Shown here piece by piece: positions 1 through 12,634 of a DNA stretch of 64,000 nt. The DNA is taken from contig OX597815.1 in the NCBI GenBank assembly GCA_951406725.2, forward strand, positions 26,288,001 through 26,352,000, in the 5' to 3' direction. How positions within the stretch are numbered: the stretch's first letter is position 1; each line of letters opens with the position of its first letter. Under the pieces are notes generated by a model that was not told where the DNA came from, ran no database searches, and was given only the letters and a program-made list of their open reading frames with translations. The position numbers and the translations under genes are program-made. The stretch is from Octopus vulgaris (lineage: Eukaryota).

Positions 1-10
1 ACATATCTAC

Positions 11-82
<72 letters not shown>

Positions 83-160
83 ATCTATCTATCTATTTAT
101 CTATCTATCTATTTATCTATTTATCTATCTATCTATCTATCTATCTACCTATCTATCTAT
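1..160. repeat. (CTAT)n microsatellite
   Basis: Direct tetranucleotide run. Confidence 0.95.
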
Positions 161-275
161 CTTTCTACTTTTTTCCCTCCCTCACTCTCCATCTCTCTAT
201 CTATCTGTCTATCTTTCCCTACTCCACGTGCCTCGCCGCCAGATATAGTCATCAAATTCAAACACTTCTATATAC

Positions 276-837
276 AGATATACATGGAGATATAACAGAG
301 TGCTGGAAAAGTTAAGTCTGAAGACTAGAGGCAATCTGAAACTATGAAATCGGCCTTGATGCTTGTAAACAGAAGAGGAGAAGCGGTTTGGGTCAAAAAA
401 GAATCTCAGTGTTAAAATAGTTCTCAGACAACACCTACTTGAACTTAAATGAGAATGGGAAGTACACGGAGACCTCCCAGACTGGTGAAGACATATCCAA
501 AAGGTTATCAGTCCAGATATTGTCCTAAGGTGGAATCAGGTGCCAGAATCATCTTGGTTGATTTGACAGCCGAATAGAGGAACAACAGTACTTCAAGACG
601 AGAAAGTATGATGACCTGGTGAAAGGGCTAACAAACGGGAGGTAATGTTGAACAGTAAATGCTGTGGAAGATGGCGTACAGGGATTTTTCGCAGCATCCA
701 TGAGCTAAGCACTAGGTTAGCTCGGAATCAAGGGTCGCAAAAGAATAGTGACAATGAAACTGTCAAAGACAACTGAAAAAAGCTCAGTGTGGTTATGGGC
801 GAAAAGGAATGATAGATGGGATACAGCAAGTCACTAA
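276..837 (+). mobile_element. Decayed 3' end of a HERO-type (RLE-class) non-LTR retrotransposon, restriction-like endonuclease domain
   Basis: Manual translation across frameshifts and stops gives ordered motifs RYTWRYNRVL (276), PDIVL, IILVDLT, KTRKYDDLV, AVEDGVQGF, EKSSVWLWAKR, then TAA at 835-837. These match the RHxxVL / RPD / ELT / KY / VEVGxRGF / WLW pattern of HERO-like RLEs. Confidence 0.75.
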
Positions 838-882
838 ACATAGGAGGAAAGAAAGGTAGCATGTGTGTGTGTATGTGTGTCT

Positions 883-958
<76 letters not shown>

Positions 959-1161
959 AATTTATAATACAAAACGATAGAATGACCAGGCTTTAGTCCA
1001 AATCACTACAATTCATTCTGTGCAATTGCGCCAGCTGTTAATTGCGGAGTGTTTCATTTATTACGCATATTATTATATAAATATAATCCATCAATAGCTG
1101 TGTACCTGCACGTCATCAGGTGAGTGGCCTTGAGAGCACTTCTCTCTCTCTCACTCTCTCA

Positions 1162-1234
<73 letters not shown>

Positions 1235-1236
1235 CA

Positions 1237-2490
1237 CAGGGGTTGGACAATGTAGTGGAAACAACTAGCATCATAGCATCATAGTTTTGAAATATCTATA
1301 AAACCATAAAAAGCTTGTATACTTTTGCTTTTTGATTTATTATTAGTGTTGCTTAATATGATTTGCTTAAATTGCTGTTTCTTTTCAGATATCATCAGAA
1401 TAAGTTAATTAAAATTCTCTAAAATGACAGATCAATCGGACTTTCAAAGAGGTCAAATTGTTGGTGCTAGTATGGTAGGCGTTAGTATAAGAAAAACAGC
1501 CGAAGTGTTTGGTGTATCAAGAAGTATTGTCTCGAAGGTAATGACAGCCTTCGAGAAAGAGGGAAAAACCTCCTCGTCGAAACAAAACTCCAGAAGAAAA
1601 CCAAAACTTTCAGATAGGGTCCGTTGGACTCTTACGCGAATTGTTAGAAAGGATCCCAAAATTACTGCAGAGCTTAATGACCACGTCGAGAACCCAGTTT
1701 CCACAAAAAATGTTCGCTGAGAGCTGCACAAAGCCGAATTTCAAGGGGAGGGCTGCAATCAGAAAACTACTACTACTTTCAAAAACAAACGTTGCAAAGC
1801 GTTTAGAGTGGAGTAAAACCTACAGAATTGGTCCCTAGAGCAATGAAAAAATATTTTCTCAGACGAGTCATTCTTTACAATATTTCCGACCACCGGCCGA
1901 ATATACGCGTGGAGGCAGCCAAAAGAAGCATTTGAACCAGACTGCCTTCTTCCAACTGTTAAACATGGAGGAGGATATGTGATGATCTGGGGGAGAGGAT
2001 ATATCTTGGAAATCCGCCGGTCCAATGCTTACCTTTCATGGCAGAATTAATAGTCAAGACTATTTAAGTATTTTCTTTGATCAAATTCATCCTATGGTTG
2101 GGGAACTGTTTCCAGAGGGAAACGCAATCTTTCATTATGGTAATGCACCAATTCACACATCTACAGTTGTTACTGAATGGCACGAGGAATATTCTAGCGA
2201 AGTTGAACATCTTATCTGACCACAACAGTCCCCAGATCTCAATATTATTGAACATTTATTGTGCATTATAGAAAAACAAGTAAGGAGTCGATATCCACCA
2301 CCATCATCACTACAAAAAACTGGAGCTTGTTTTAGCTGAAGAATGGACAGAAATTCCTTTGGAAACAATTCAAACTTTGTACGAGTTCGTACCTCATAGA
2401 ATTCAAGGTGTAAATTACTGGCAAAGGTGATCTAACCCCATATTGAAATAAATTTGTTAGAAATTTTAAGGTGTTTCCTGTCCAACCGTG
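1237..2490 (+). mobile_element. Tc1-like DNA transposon, near full length, decayed
   Basis: Left end CAGGGGTTGGACA..GGAAACA and right end AGGTGTTTCC..TGTCCAACCGTG are imperfect TIRs. They enclose the transposase pseudogene and are flanked by TA-rich repeats. Confidence 0.9.
1424..2446 (+). pseudogene. Tc1 DDE transposase pseudogene
   Basis: N-terminal HTH (SDFQRGQIVG..SIRKTAEVFGVSRSIVSK), FSDES (~1855), TVKHGGGYVMIWG, mutated second Asp (FHYGNAPIH), SPDLNIIEHL and C-terminal KGDLTPY*. Several stops and frameshifts. Confidence 0.92.
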
Positions 2491-2492
2491 TT

Positions 2493-2524
<32 letters not shown>

Positions 2525-2643
2525 CATGGGTATGTGCATAATCATACACACACTTATACATATATTCTTCACAGCCTTGGCCTTGTTATCTCATTTTCTC
2601 TGATATATATATAAATTTATGTATGTACGTATGTATCTATAGG

Positions 2644-2775
<132 letters not shown>

Positions 2776-2819
2776 TATAGTTATCACATAATTATATAAC
2801 AGTAACATACTTTGAGGAT

Positions 2820-3165
2820 GTCGATATAGAATGTAGCATTAATATATTGTAGCCACACTAATGTAGCATGTTCGCGTTAATAAATTGCGGACGCGTCAAT
2901 ATAACATGTAACATGTTGTGGCAATGACATAGTCATATAGCAGTAATATATCGGTGTGACATGTAGCAATGATATGTTCTGGTAACGTTGTTTTAACATG
3001 TAGCTGTAATATGCCGTGGTCATATCAGTATAACATGTAGCAATAATATATTGCGGCAGTAATATAGTCATATAGCAGTAATACATTGATGCAACATGTA
3101 GCAATTATATCATGTGAACACATCAATAAAGCTTGTAGCAGTAATATGTTGTGGCTATATCAAAC
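2820..3165. repeat. Degenerate minisatellite built on an ACATGTAGCA(A/G)TAATAT motif
   Basis: ATGTAGC recurs at about 2832, 2861, 2961, 2998, 3036, 3097, with AGTCATATAGCAGTAATA twice. Confidence 0.6.
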
Positions 3166-3417
3166 ATTAACATCTAACACTCACATGAAAATTGTTCCTC
3201 TGACATAAGAAGGAAATGATTAGCGTCTGTGAAAATATGTCTTCATAATCAATAACATACAGCCATAGAATTGGCAATAAAGAATACAAGGGAAGGATAG
3301 ATAGACAAAGAAAGAAAGGAAAGGAAAAGTATGAGTGTAATTGATAGATAGACAGTCAAAATATATCTAATTGTTGATGACTATGAATACAGTCCCAATC
3401 TAACAACAGCCATAAAT

Positions 3418-3465
<48 letters not shown>

Positions 3466-4639
3466 TGTGTGTGAGTGCACGTGTCTGTTTATATACCCCA
3501 TCATAGGCATATGCATTTGCTCATACATATTCCTAATGTACAAATATGCATATATTTGTGAATACATGTCTATCTACAAACTCTTTCTTTCATTCGAACC
3601 CAAACGCACATATGCGCGCACACACACACACACAAGGCAAACACTTGTACACATACTTATATAAATGTGTGTGTATGTATGCATGTATATATATATATAT
3701 TCATATACATGCACACATATATACATTCACACATATATACATACACACACACACACACATATATATATACATGCGCGTGTGCGTATGCATCCACATAATT
3801 GTAATTAACCATACGCATACAAGCAACTCGACATTTGGGGAAATGTGTATACGCATGTCTAAGCATATATTCTAAATCGTATTCTTCGCTTAGGGTTATT
3901 TCAATTTGCATCCAACGCAACAACTACAGCGAAGACAGGCCCTTAACACCATTTGACAATGTCTGTTGTAACGAGACATTTTTCTCAAGGCTTAACAACA
4001 TTTTTTAAGAAATGCTACTACAAAACACTAAAAAGAAATTCTCTGATTTATTACTGTTCTTTGTTGTAAGCTGCATTTTTCTTATTTAGTTGCCTAAAAT
4101 ATATAGTGTCGTTTCTTGCTTCCTTCAGCTATATGTCGTAAAATTGCATTTCATTTCCTAGTACGTAGTTATTGTAACTATATTCTTTCTTGGGTGTCAT
4201 GTATGCTGAGTTTACAATGCCCAAATTAACAATGTTCGCTGGCTGCTTAATATAGCATACGTCTTCTCTACGCCATCTCCGGTGTCTACTTTACGTTATA
4301 TTCTCAAAGAATACAACGGGATTTGTTGGATCAGAGCCTCCGAGCACTTGAATTCGCCGCATCTTATCTCGTTTGCCGTAGTTGCTTACTTTTTAGCTTA
4401 TAGTTTATTTGTGGTAAATGCCATATGACAAATAATAATCAATTTCTAAATACCGTGTTTCGTCTTACATCAATAAAACCTAGTTTCCCTTCACTAAACT
4501 ATAGGAACTTTGTAACTACTTTATATGTATTCTGATCATCCACTAAAATTATAGTTTCAGCAAGATTATAATAGGATACAACTTCTTTTTATCTATTTAT
4601 TATTATTTTTCTTTACTTATTTTGAGACATAATGGAGAT

Positions 4640-4950
4640 GGAGATTTCTGTAGTCTTGGCAGTTCCTTTCAGAATGGTGAGGTCGATACAGTTGATAATC
4701 AACTTGACTGGTTTGATGCAGAGTTACGGCAGCAGGAAAAATATGATGGAGAAAATTCCAGAGAGCTGTAGTCCTGTAGAGAAATGATTTATTGTTCTTA
4801 CTACGATGAGAGAAGGAAAGGAAAGTAATTCAGAAAACAGGATTCATTGTTGTAGACACAGGAGGGATAGCAAGAGATACAGCGGTGAATTAATTGTGGA
4901 GCACAGTGGAAACATTGTTTGTAAATCAATGGGATAGCATTTTGGAGGAA
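4640..4950 (-). mobile_element. Probable 3' end of a CR1/L2-group LINE ORF2
   Basis: Minus strand reads NKSFLYRTTALWNFL, resembling the SFFxRTxxLWNxLP C-terminal motif of CR1-group RTs. Confidence 0.5.
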
Positions 4951-4965
4951 TGAAATCTAGACTGT

Positions 4966-5026
<61 letters not shown>

Positions 5027-5061
5027 AAGGAGATGTGGAACACGAGTTGTGATATATAAAA

Positions 5062-5393
5062 AGGAAATGAAGAAAATGCTGACAAAATAATTTAAGTAAT
5101 TTAAGTAATTTAATTAGGTGAAAGTTCGTTCTACCGGTTGTGCATTTGTTATGCTTATCAAAAGATAATTTTTTAAAGAGAGATAGAGTTCTTTTCTGAT
5201 AGATTTTTTCCTCTTATCTGGAAAATAAGAGGATAAAAATAAGAGGAAAAAATCTATCAGAAAAGAACTCTATCTCTCTTTAAAAAGTTATCTTTTGATA
5301 AGCATAACAAATGCGCAACCGGTAAAAAGAACTTTCACCTAATTAAATTACTTAAATTACTTAAATTATTTTGTCAGCATTTTCTTCATTTCC

Positions 5394-5394
<1 letters not shown>
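5062..5394. repeat. Foldback inverted repeat, ~156-bp arms, 21-bp spacer
   Basis: 5062-5217 is the near-perfect reverse complement of 5239-5394. Lies between (TA)n tracts. Confidence 0.95.
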
Positions 5395-5422
<28 letters not shown>

Positions 5423-5424
<2 letters not shown>

Positions 5425-5562
5425 AGCATTTTTGGTGTAATGAGATAAAAAACACAAGGCTATGTAGGTATTAGAACATTTATAGATAGACCTCCTATGT
5501 ATAATTGTTCTAATACCTACACAGCCTTGCTTTTTTTTATCTCATTACGCAAAAAATTCTTA
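5423..5562. repeat. Hairpin element, ~60-bp arms, in (TA)n
   Basis: GTAATGAGATAAAAAA..CAAGGCTATGTAGGTATTAGAACA pairs with TGTTCTAATACCTACACAGCCTTG..TTTTTATCTCATTAC. Confidence 0.85.
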
Positions 5563-5737
5563 TATACACACGCTGACATATGACCAACGTTGAACCCCTT
5601 ATTCGCAAAATCACCGAACCTGGAACTTAACAATGGTCTGTCTATAGCACCTATTCAGCATTACCTGACGCCTTTGGGTCTCAGTGATACCATTACCTCT
5701 TATCAATCTATCTATCTATCTATCTATCTATCTATAT

Positions 5738-5799
<62 letters not shown>

Positions 5800-5828
5800 C
5801 GAATTTGTGTAAAAGTAAATAAAATAGT

Positions 5829-6257
5829 ATATCAGTTGAATAAAGTTACAGTATGGTCTGGTTTTCACGTTTTTTATTATTGTATTTAAAAAAACATTTT
5901 GGAATGTGTTAAACATTAAAAAATTATGTAGTAATGTTCATAAAGTTCAATTAACGCTTTCATACGTTCGTAGTAATCATCAGATTTCAAAATATATTGA
6001 CTGACAGTTGAGTTGAGTTCTTGACAGCTGTAGTAAAATGACTGACTTCTTCCTTTTTATATCTTTTAGACGGTCCAGACAAGCTGAATTTTTCGATAAA
6101 GTTTTAACCAATCAACATGCGGCTTAAACGTTAAGGTATAAAAAGGAAGAAGTCAGTCGTCTTACTACAGTGATGTCAAACATTGCAATTTTTTTTTAAA
6201 ATACAATAATAAAAAACGTGAAAACCATGTCGTGCTGTAAATTTATTCAACTGATAT
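5829..6257. mobile_element. (TA)n-embedded element with nested inverted repeats; related copy at 43755-44027
   Basis: Outer ~70-bp IR (ATATCAGTTGAATAAA.. / ..TTTATTCAACTGATAT) and inner IR 6028-6062 / 6137-6170. Confidence 0.75.
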
Positions 6258-6480
6258 ATATATATATATATATATATAACAAAACGTAGAGTGGTATTAA
6301 TCCAGGCTAAATACTTAAAATCTCTGAACATACACCAGTCTAACAAAAGAATCTGGCAAAAGAGTCAGGTGATGCAAAGCCGAAAGCAGAAGTCGAAGTC
6401 CATCACTAGTCAAATTTCTAAATCTATAACTGCATCACCCAGTTAAGATGGTATGTTTTTACAGAGTGATGCATAAAATA

Positions 6481-6790
6481 CGAGAGTCGACTGAAAAATT
6501 CATAGGCTGACCAAAACACTCATGGAATATGACCAGATTAGGTTTATTTTTCAACATAGTCTCCGTTGTGATGTTGCAGTGCTTCGATGCCATTGGTGAA
6601 GAAGCTTTCATCCCGTTGTTTAAAAAAAAACGTCATCAACAGCAGATATGACGTCATCGTCACTGCAATACTGCTTCCCAACCAAGTATTTTTTTTTATG
6701 TTGGGGAACAGATGATAGTCAGGTGGGGCCAAATCAGAGGAATAGGGAGGGTGAGCAACCATTGAAAGCAATGACATGCATCAAGTTACT
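6481..6790 (-). mobile_element. mariner transposon 3' remnant
   Basis: Minus strand HPPYSSDLAPPDYHLFPNIKK...FFTNGIEAL...NGDYVEK* (mariner YSPDLAPxD motif). TA-CGAGAG..TGAAAA TIR-like end at 6479-6500. Confidence 0.88.
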
Positions 6791-6950
6791 TCTGAAGTCT
6801 TCTTTGAAGAGTCAGATGTCAATTAACCTGGAAAGAAACAATGTGACAGTAATATGAATTCAGGAATCGTCCTAAGACGCTACATCGGTAAGGGAGCTCT
6901 TCTGAATCGTGCGGACAATGTCAAATATTCCATTTTCTCTCTCTTTTTCA

Positions 6951-7046
<96 letters not shown>

Positions 7047-7055
7047 CACTAAATA

Positions 7056-7454
7056 GGCGTAGGAGTGGCTGTGTGGTAAGTAGCTTGCTTATGAACCACA
7101 TGGTTCCGGGTTCAGTCCCACTGCATGGCACCTTGGGCAAGTGTCTTCTACTATAGCCTCGGGCCGACCAAAGCCTTGTGAGTGGATTTGGTAGACGGAA
7201 ACTGAAAGCCCGTCGTATATATATTGATGTATATATGTGTGTGCATATGTTTGTGTGTCTGTGTTTGTCCCCCTAGCATTACTTGACAACCGATGCTGGT
7301 GTGTTTACGTCCCCGTAACTTAGCGGTTCGGCAAAAGAGACCGATAGAATAAGTACTATGCTTACAGAGACTAAGTCCTGGAGTTGATTTGCTCGTCTAA
7401 AGGCGGTGCTTCAGCATGGACACAGTCAAATGACTGAAACAAGTAAAAGAGTAA
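7056..7454 (+). mobile_element. tRNA-derived SINE family A (internal microsatellite, GTAAAAGA tail)
   Basis: A-box-like TGGCTGTGTGG, B-box GGTTCAGTCCC, many near-identical copies in the window. Confidence 0.9.
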
Positions 7455-7692
7455 CTGTAAATTGATTTGCATTTTAAAGTTTTACAAGAGAACAAACACT
7501 CACAGAGGAAGATGAAGGTGAGGGAAATAAGTAAAAGACTCTGTCATTTCACTGGCTACTTTGTTTTTTTTTACTCTGAATGGATGAAAACCAAAGTCAG
7601 CCCATATAAGATTTGAACTTAGAACGCGGAGTAAATGAACGAATATCACCTAAGATAAAACTAGCTTCTGTACACCAATCATAGTCTATACT

Positions 7693-8058
7693 GTGGAGGC
7701 GCAATGGCCCAGTGGTTAGGGCAGCGGACTCGCGGTCATAGGATCGTGGTTTCGATTCCCAGACCGGGCGTTGTGAGTGTTTATTGAGCGAAAACACCTA
7801 AAGCTCCACGAGGCTCCGGCAGGGCATGGTGGTGATCCCTGCTGTACTCTCTCACTCTTACTTCCTGTTTCTGTTGTACCTGTATTTCAAAGGGCCGGCC
7901 TTGTCACTCTCTGTGTCACGCTGAATATCCCCGAAAACTACGTTAAGGGTACACGTGTCTGTGGAGTGCTCAGCCACTTACACGTTAATTTCACGAGCAG
8001 GCTGTTCCATTGATCAGATCAACCGGAACCCTCGTCGTCGTAACCGACGGAGTACTTC
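7693..8058 (+). mobile_element. tRNA-derived SINE family B with 13-bp TSD
   Basis: TGGCCCAGTGGTTAGG and GGTTTCGATTCCC boxes. TSD CATAGTCTATACT at 7680-7692 and 8059-8071. Second copy at 49191. Confidence 0.92.
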
Positions 8059-8549
8059 CATAGTCTATACTTGATACGTTAGTCTCTCCTGCTTCTTACG
8101 AAACACTAACATACACGTCTTTTCTTTTTAAGCCGTGTGCGTGACATTGTGATATTAGTCTACAAATTTTCGTTATGTGCATACATATAGCAGGATTGGA
8201 GAGAGTTAAACAAAGGTGAACACATGAAAAATTGAAAATTAAATGCCATTGTTGAGGAAATCTTTGATGTTTATGGCTTCCTCTATAGTTAACTATCATT
8301 TGCCATGAGCAGTGTCAAATCTCTAGTGACGCTGATAACTTTATTAGAGAAATGGTTTGTCATTAAAGATATAAATAATACAATAGATTTCTGTCTTCTC
8401 GTCCACGTAAATTAGAAACGCAACGTCTCGACTGAGATGCCACATACACAACATTAAATATGTCATCTTACATTAAAAACGTTTCTCTCAATTAAAAGTG
8501 TCACTCAACTATTGGTTCACAAATACGCTTTCTCTCAACACTATGTGGT

Positions 8550-8870
8550 TGTCTAGCCTGTTAGAAATAATAGTCATATCTTCCTCAGATTACACCATAA
8601 CGTCATCAAAAGGAAGGACGTTTTGAATAAAGTAGTCGCAGGTACTCATTTACCGAAAAGAATATGAAATGGTCATGGCTGGAAAACCATTGGTAGGATT
8701 CTCCAAGACCTGGGACTAAACATAAACAGCAGCTACTGAATCTTCGACTAAGTCAAGCAATCTGCTAGAAATAACAGCCAAATCTGATAAAAGTTGCACC
8801 CTATCGTCTTAAAAATACAAGAACACATTGAATAATGTTCAGTCAGGACTGATCAGAGGTAAACAACAAG
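8550..8870 (+). repeat. Old interspersed repeat with CTGCTAGAAATAACAGCCAAATCT core, two tandem copies
   Basis: Core also seen near 16865 (-), 17440 (-), 21470, 24082, 41790, 42935, 43130, 52200. Confidence 0.55.
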
Positions 8871-9699
8871 TGCTTCTTCTTTCTACTATTTCTACTGATT
8901 CTACATTTTCTACTTCTCTGAACAAACAGCTGAGCAAACACATTTATCAAAACCTTTCACTCTTTCTTCTCGCCATGCCTATTGTATTCCATTTCAGGTT
9001 AGATCCTACACTAAACACTTTTGTTTGCCTCTCCTAGGCATACACCCTTCTATAATTCTGGTCCCACAAAGATTTCTTTTGATGGCCGCCCTTGTGTTTT
9101 ATTTGGTGGAAAGCATATTGTTGGTACACGTATGTCTTTCCAAAAACATTATTATATTAATAGCTATCAGACAGATATCGAAACAGCGCTGCAAATTTGG
9201 ACACAAAAAATATATTCTCTATTGTTCAACAGTACTTGAGTACAACATACGAGTAAATAAGATACCAAGCGAAAAGTAGATGGTTCTTGTAATTTCTTCA
9301 ACACTGTGGTTTACCTGTGGCCTTAACTCTCAGATATCCAGCCTTTTTAACTGTAAATAGGTCGATCGATGTAGGAACAACACAAAGTAGTAAGAAATAC
9401 TGTAATATTGAAAGGTAGTTTATTAGATTGAAGAGATAAATCCATCTTCTTTCATAGTCAAGGTGAAAGACAACCAAAAAGCTACTCCAGTGTTTTCTTT
9501 CAAAGCATTATTTTGTGAAGACAAGTTGTTTGGTGTTTGCCCCGAACCAACAGGACCTATCACTAATATATCGATTCCTCGAGATTCGTTACACAGACAT
9601 ACACACATACACGTAACCTCACGCATATGTGTGTGTGAGTGTGTATGTGTATATATATATATAAATATATGTATATAAATATATATAAATATATATAAA

Positions 9700-9771
<72 letters not shown>

Positions 9772-9785
9772 TGTATGTATGTATG

Positions 9786-9818
<33 letters not shown>

Positions 9819-9867
9819 ATATATATATGTATGTATGTATGTGTGTATATATATATATATTATATTA

Positions 9868-9931
<64 letters not shown>

Positions 9932-10521
9932 ATATATTTATATATGTACATATATATATATAGATAAATGCATTCAAAATACATACATACATATGTACAT
10001 AAATACGTACGTATGTATGTATGTATGTATGTATGTATGTATGTATGTATGTATGTATGTATGTACGTATACATGTTTGTATGCATCAGAGGGTTCAGAG
10101 CCATCTTCTTCAATGCACGTAGGGAAAACACTCTGATGTCCTAGCTTTAGCTTTTTCTGTGTTTTCTTCTTTTTTTAATTTTCATATGAGTTCCTTCTAT
10201 TTTGTTTGCAAAAGTAAAGTCAACAAATCCTTCATGAGCATCTCTAAACTTTCACAGTCTCACCTTCTAGATGAAGTGGTCTTGGCGTGTGTTACATACA
10301 ATAAAACGGGAGCAAAATTTAACAACACTAACGAGTTCGTACAGGTTTAGAAACGTTGTTGATGGATTCAGGAACTTGTTTCATTGGTGAAAAAATATAC
10401 TGCAAGAAATTCGTACGAAAATATGAAAAAACTAAATAAATAAAAATAATCTAGAACATCGTCGTCTTTTCGACAGAAAACACATTCACAAGATGTGTAT
10501 GTGTGTGTGTGTGTGTGTGTG

Positions 10522-10554
<33 letters not shown>

Positions 10555-10580
10555 TGTATGCGTGTGTGTGTGTGTGTGTG

Positions 10581-10670
10581 TATTTATGTAATTATGTATG
10601 TATGTATGTATGTATGCATATATGTGTGTATGTGTTCCTGTGTGTATATACGCATACAAACACATACAAT

Positions 10671-10705
<35 letters not shown>

Positions 10706-10783
10706 ATGTAATTATGTATGTATGTATGCATATATGTGTGTATGTGTTCCTGTGTGTATATACGCATACAAACACTCACAATC

Positions 10784-10820
<37 letters not shown>
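10581..10820. repeat. Tandem duplication of a ~120-bp compound microsatellite unit
   Basis: TTATGTAATTATG...GTTCCTGTGTGTATATACGCATACAAACAC repeated twice, bounded by (TG)n. Confidence 0.85.
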
Positions 10821-10828
<8 letters not shown>

Positions 10829-11956
10829 CATATATATAACACGTTACTGCGTTGGCTCTCACTAGAATCCAGAAAACGGTAAGTACATGTCATGTTATAA
10901 AACAGTAAAATCGATAAACGCCTTAAGTAGTAGTTACAATTCTAACACGTTGACCACTGTTTAGTCGATTACATGTGCCGTTTTCATATTGTCTTACAAT
11001 TGCCGTTTTTCTATTTTATTAAGGGTTTTTGTTTTACTGCTGTCAGTAGATCGGTTTTGTTTTATTTCAAGACACAATTGTCATTTAATGCTCAGCTTGT
11101 TGAAAAAAAAAAAAGCTTTTTTTGTTTTTGTTTTTTAATGGTAGAAGGAAATGTAAAAAGAAAGAATGAAAAAAGTTAGAAATAAAATGAAATAAGTAAA
11201 GTAAGTTAAGATAAAAACTGTCTAAAAGAAAGTTTTTTTGGTTTTGTCGTCTCTGTTCCCAGTAAATAACTATAGTATATATTTTAGAAAATTACTTGGT
11301 GGATAAACAGGCACCGATAGATCATAAAAATAATGAATAATGTTCTGTTTATTAACTCTGAAGACAAAAGCCCATGACCTGCGAGCGTTTCTACCCTGGC
11401 TTTTGGTGACACATCGTCCACAGTGTGCGAAACATATAGCTTTTTTTGGATTTGTTAATGAAAAGGCTACTGACTGCAGACATTTGAAAAACTGGTGTAT
11501 GGCAAAGTTTTGTGTAGGGGAAGGAAACACAGTTTGTTAACCAACACATTGCATGTAATCAACAGATGTGCTTGCATTTGGAGTAATGTAATTATTACCT
11601 TCTTTTAAATCTCATATTTTCTCGTAAACGATCACCCGAGACATCATATTTGTGGAAAGGGTTGCATAGAAGGATTTCTAACGTTGATACAAGGTCAGAA
11701 GGGAGAAAACAGATCTATACCAGTTACATATTTAATTGATCCCAGGAGTGAAGCTCAAAGTCAATCTCGGCACGAGTTGCACTCATATTTCATACAATAA
11801 CAATTTACGTATTTCTGACTAAACACGTGTCTAACTACGCAAGTCACTTTGTTCGACGCTCCACTGCCCGGCAATACACTGCCCCGGTGATACATGTCGT
11901 CGTATTTACTGAAGTGCAAGGCCATAGATTTAGGAAGATGGTGTGATCAATAATGA

Positions 11957-12170
11957 GGGCATGAGGTTAATGGTTAGGGCGTTCGGCTCCCGATTATACT
12001 GTTCGGGTTCAATTCCAATACCAGATGGCTCGTTGTGTCCTTCAGCAAGAGCATTTCGTTTCCCATCGCTCTGGTCTTCATGGCTAGAATGATTGCCAAT
12101 CGGATGTTGGTGCTACCGTCTATCCTTCCAGTGTCACATCGACGATCCGTCGAGTCAAGGGGGAAAAGCC
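11957..12170 (+). mobile_element. Degenerate tRNA-derived SINE (family D-like)
   Basis: TGGTTAGGGCG..GGGTTCAATTCC..TGTGTCCTTCAGCAAG. Confidence 0.55.
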
Positions 12171-12192
12171 GCGCAACGCTGTAACGAATTTT

Positions 12193-12593
12193 ATTCTTTT
12201 CTAGTCTAGGCACAAGGCTGGAAATTATGTGGAGGGGGCAGTCGATTAGATCGACCCCAGTACGTAACTGATACATAATTTATCGACCCCGAAAGGATGA
12301 ACGGCAAAGTCGACTGCGGCGGAATTTGAACTCAGAACGTAGCGGCAGACGAAATACCTATTTCTTTACTACCCACAAAGGGCTAAACACAGAGAGGACA
12401 AACGATGACAGACAAACGGAATAAGTCGATTATATCGACTCCAGTGCGTAACTGGTACTTATTTAATCAACCCCGAAAGGATGAAAGGCAAAGTCGACCT
12501 CGGCGAAATTTGAACTCAGAACGTAACGGCAGACGAAATACCGCTAAGCATTACGCCCAGCGTGCTAACGTTTCTGCCAGCTCACCGCCTTCC
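12193..12593 (-). mobile_element. Dimeric SINE family C (Nin/Deu-domain-like) with 12-bp TSD
   Basis: Two monomers, each with the minus-strand CTTTCATCCTTTCGGGGTCGATAAA-like Nin core. Head AGGCGGTGAGCTGGCAGAA. GTAACGAATTTT at 12181-12192 and 12594-12605. Confidence 0.85.
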
Positions 12594-12634
12594 GTAACGA
12601 ATTTTTTTGATGAAAAATCAAAGTCAATCTAGGT

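Noticed and set aside
1424-1720. 98-aa ORF as a standalone HTH protein
   Set aside because: It is the truncated N-terminus of the Tc1 pseudogene.
7693-7770. tRNA genes at SINE heads (also 7056, 19330, 49191)
   Set aside because: A and B boxes are present, but there is no complete cloverleaf and they continue into multi-copy SINE bodies.
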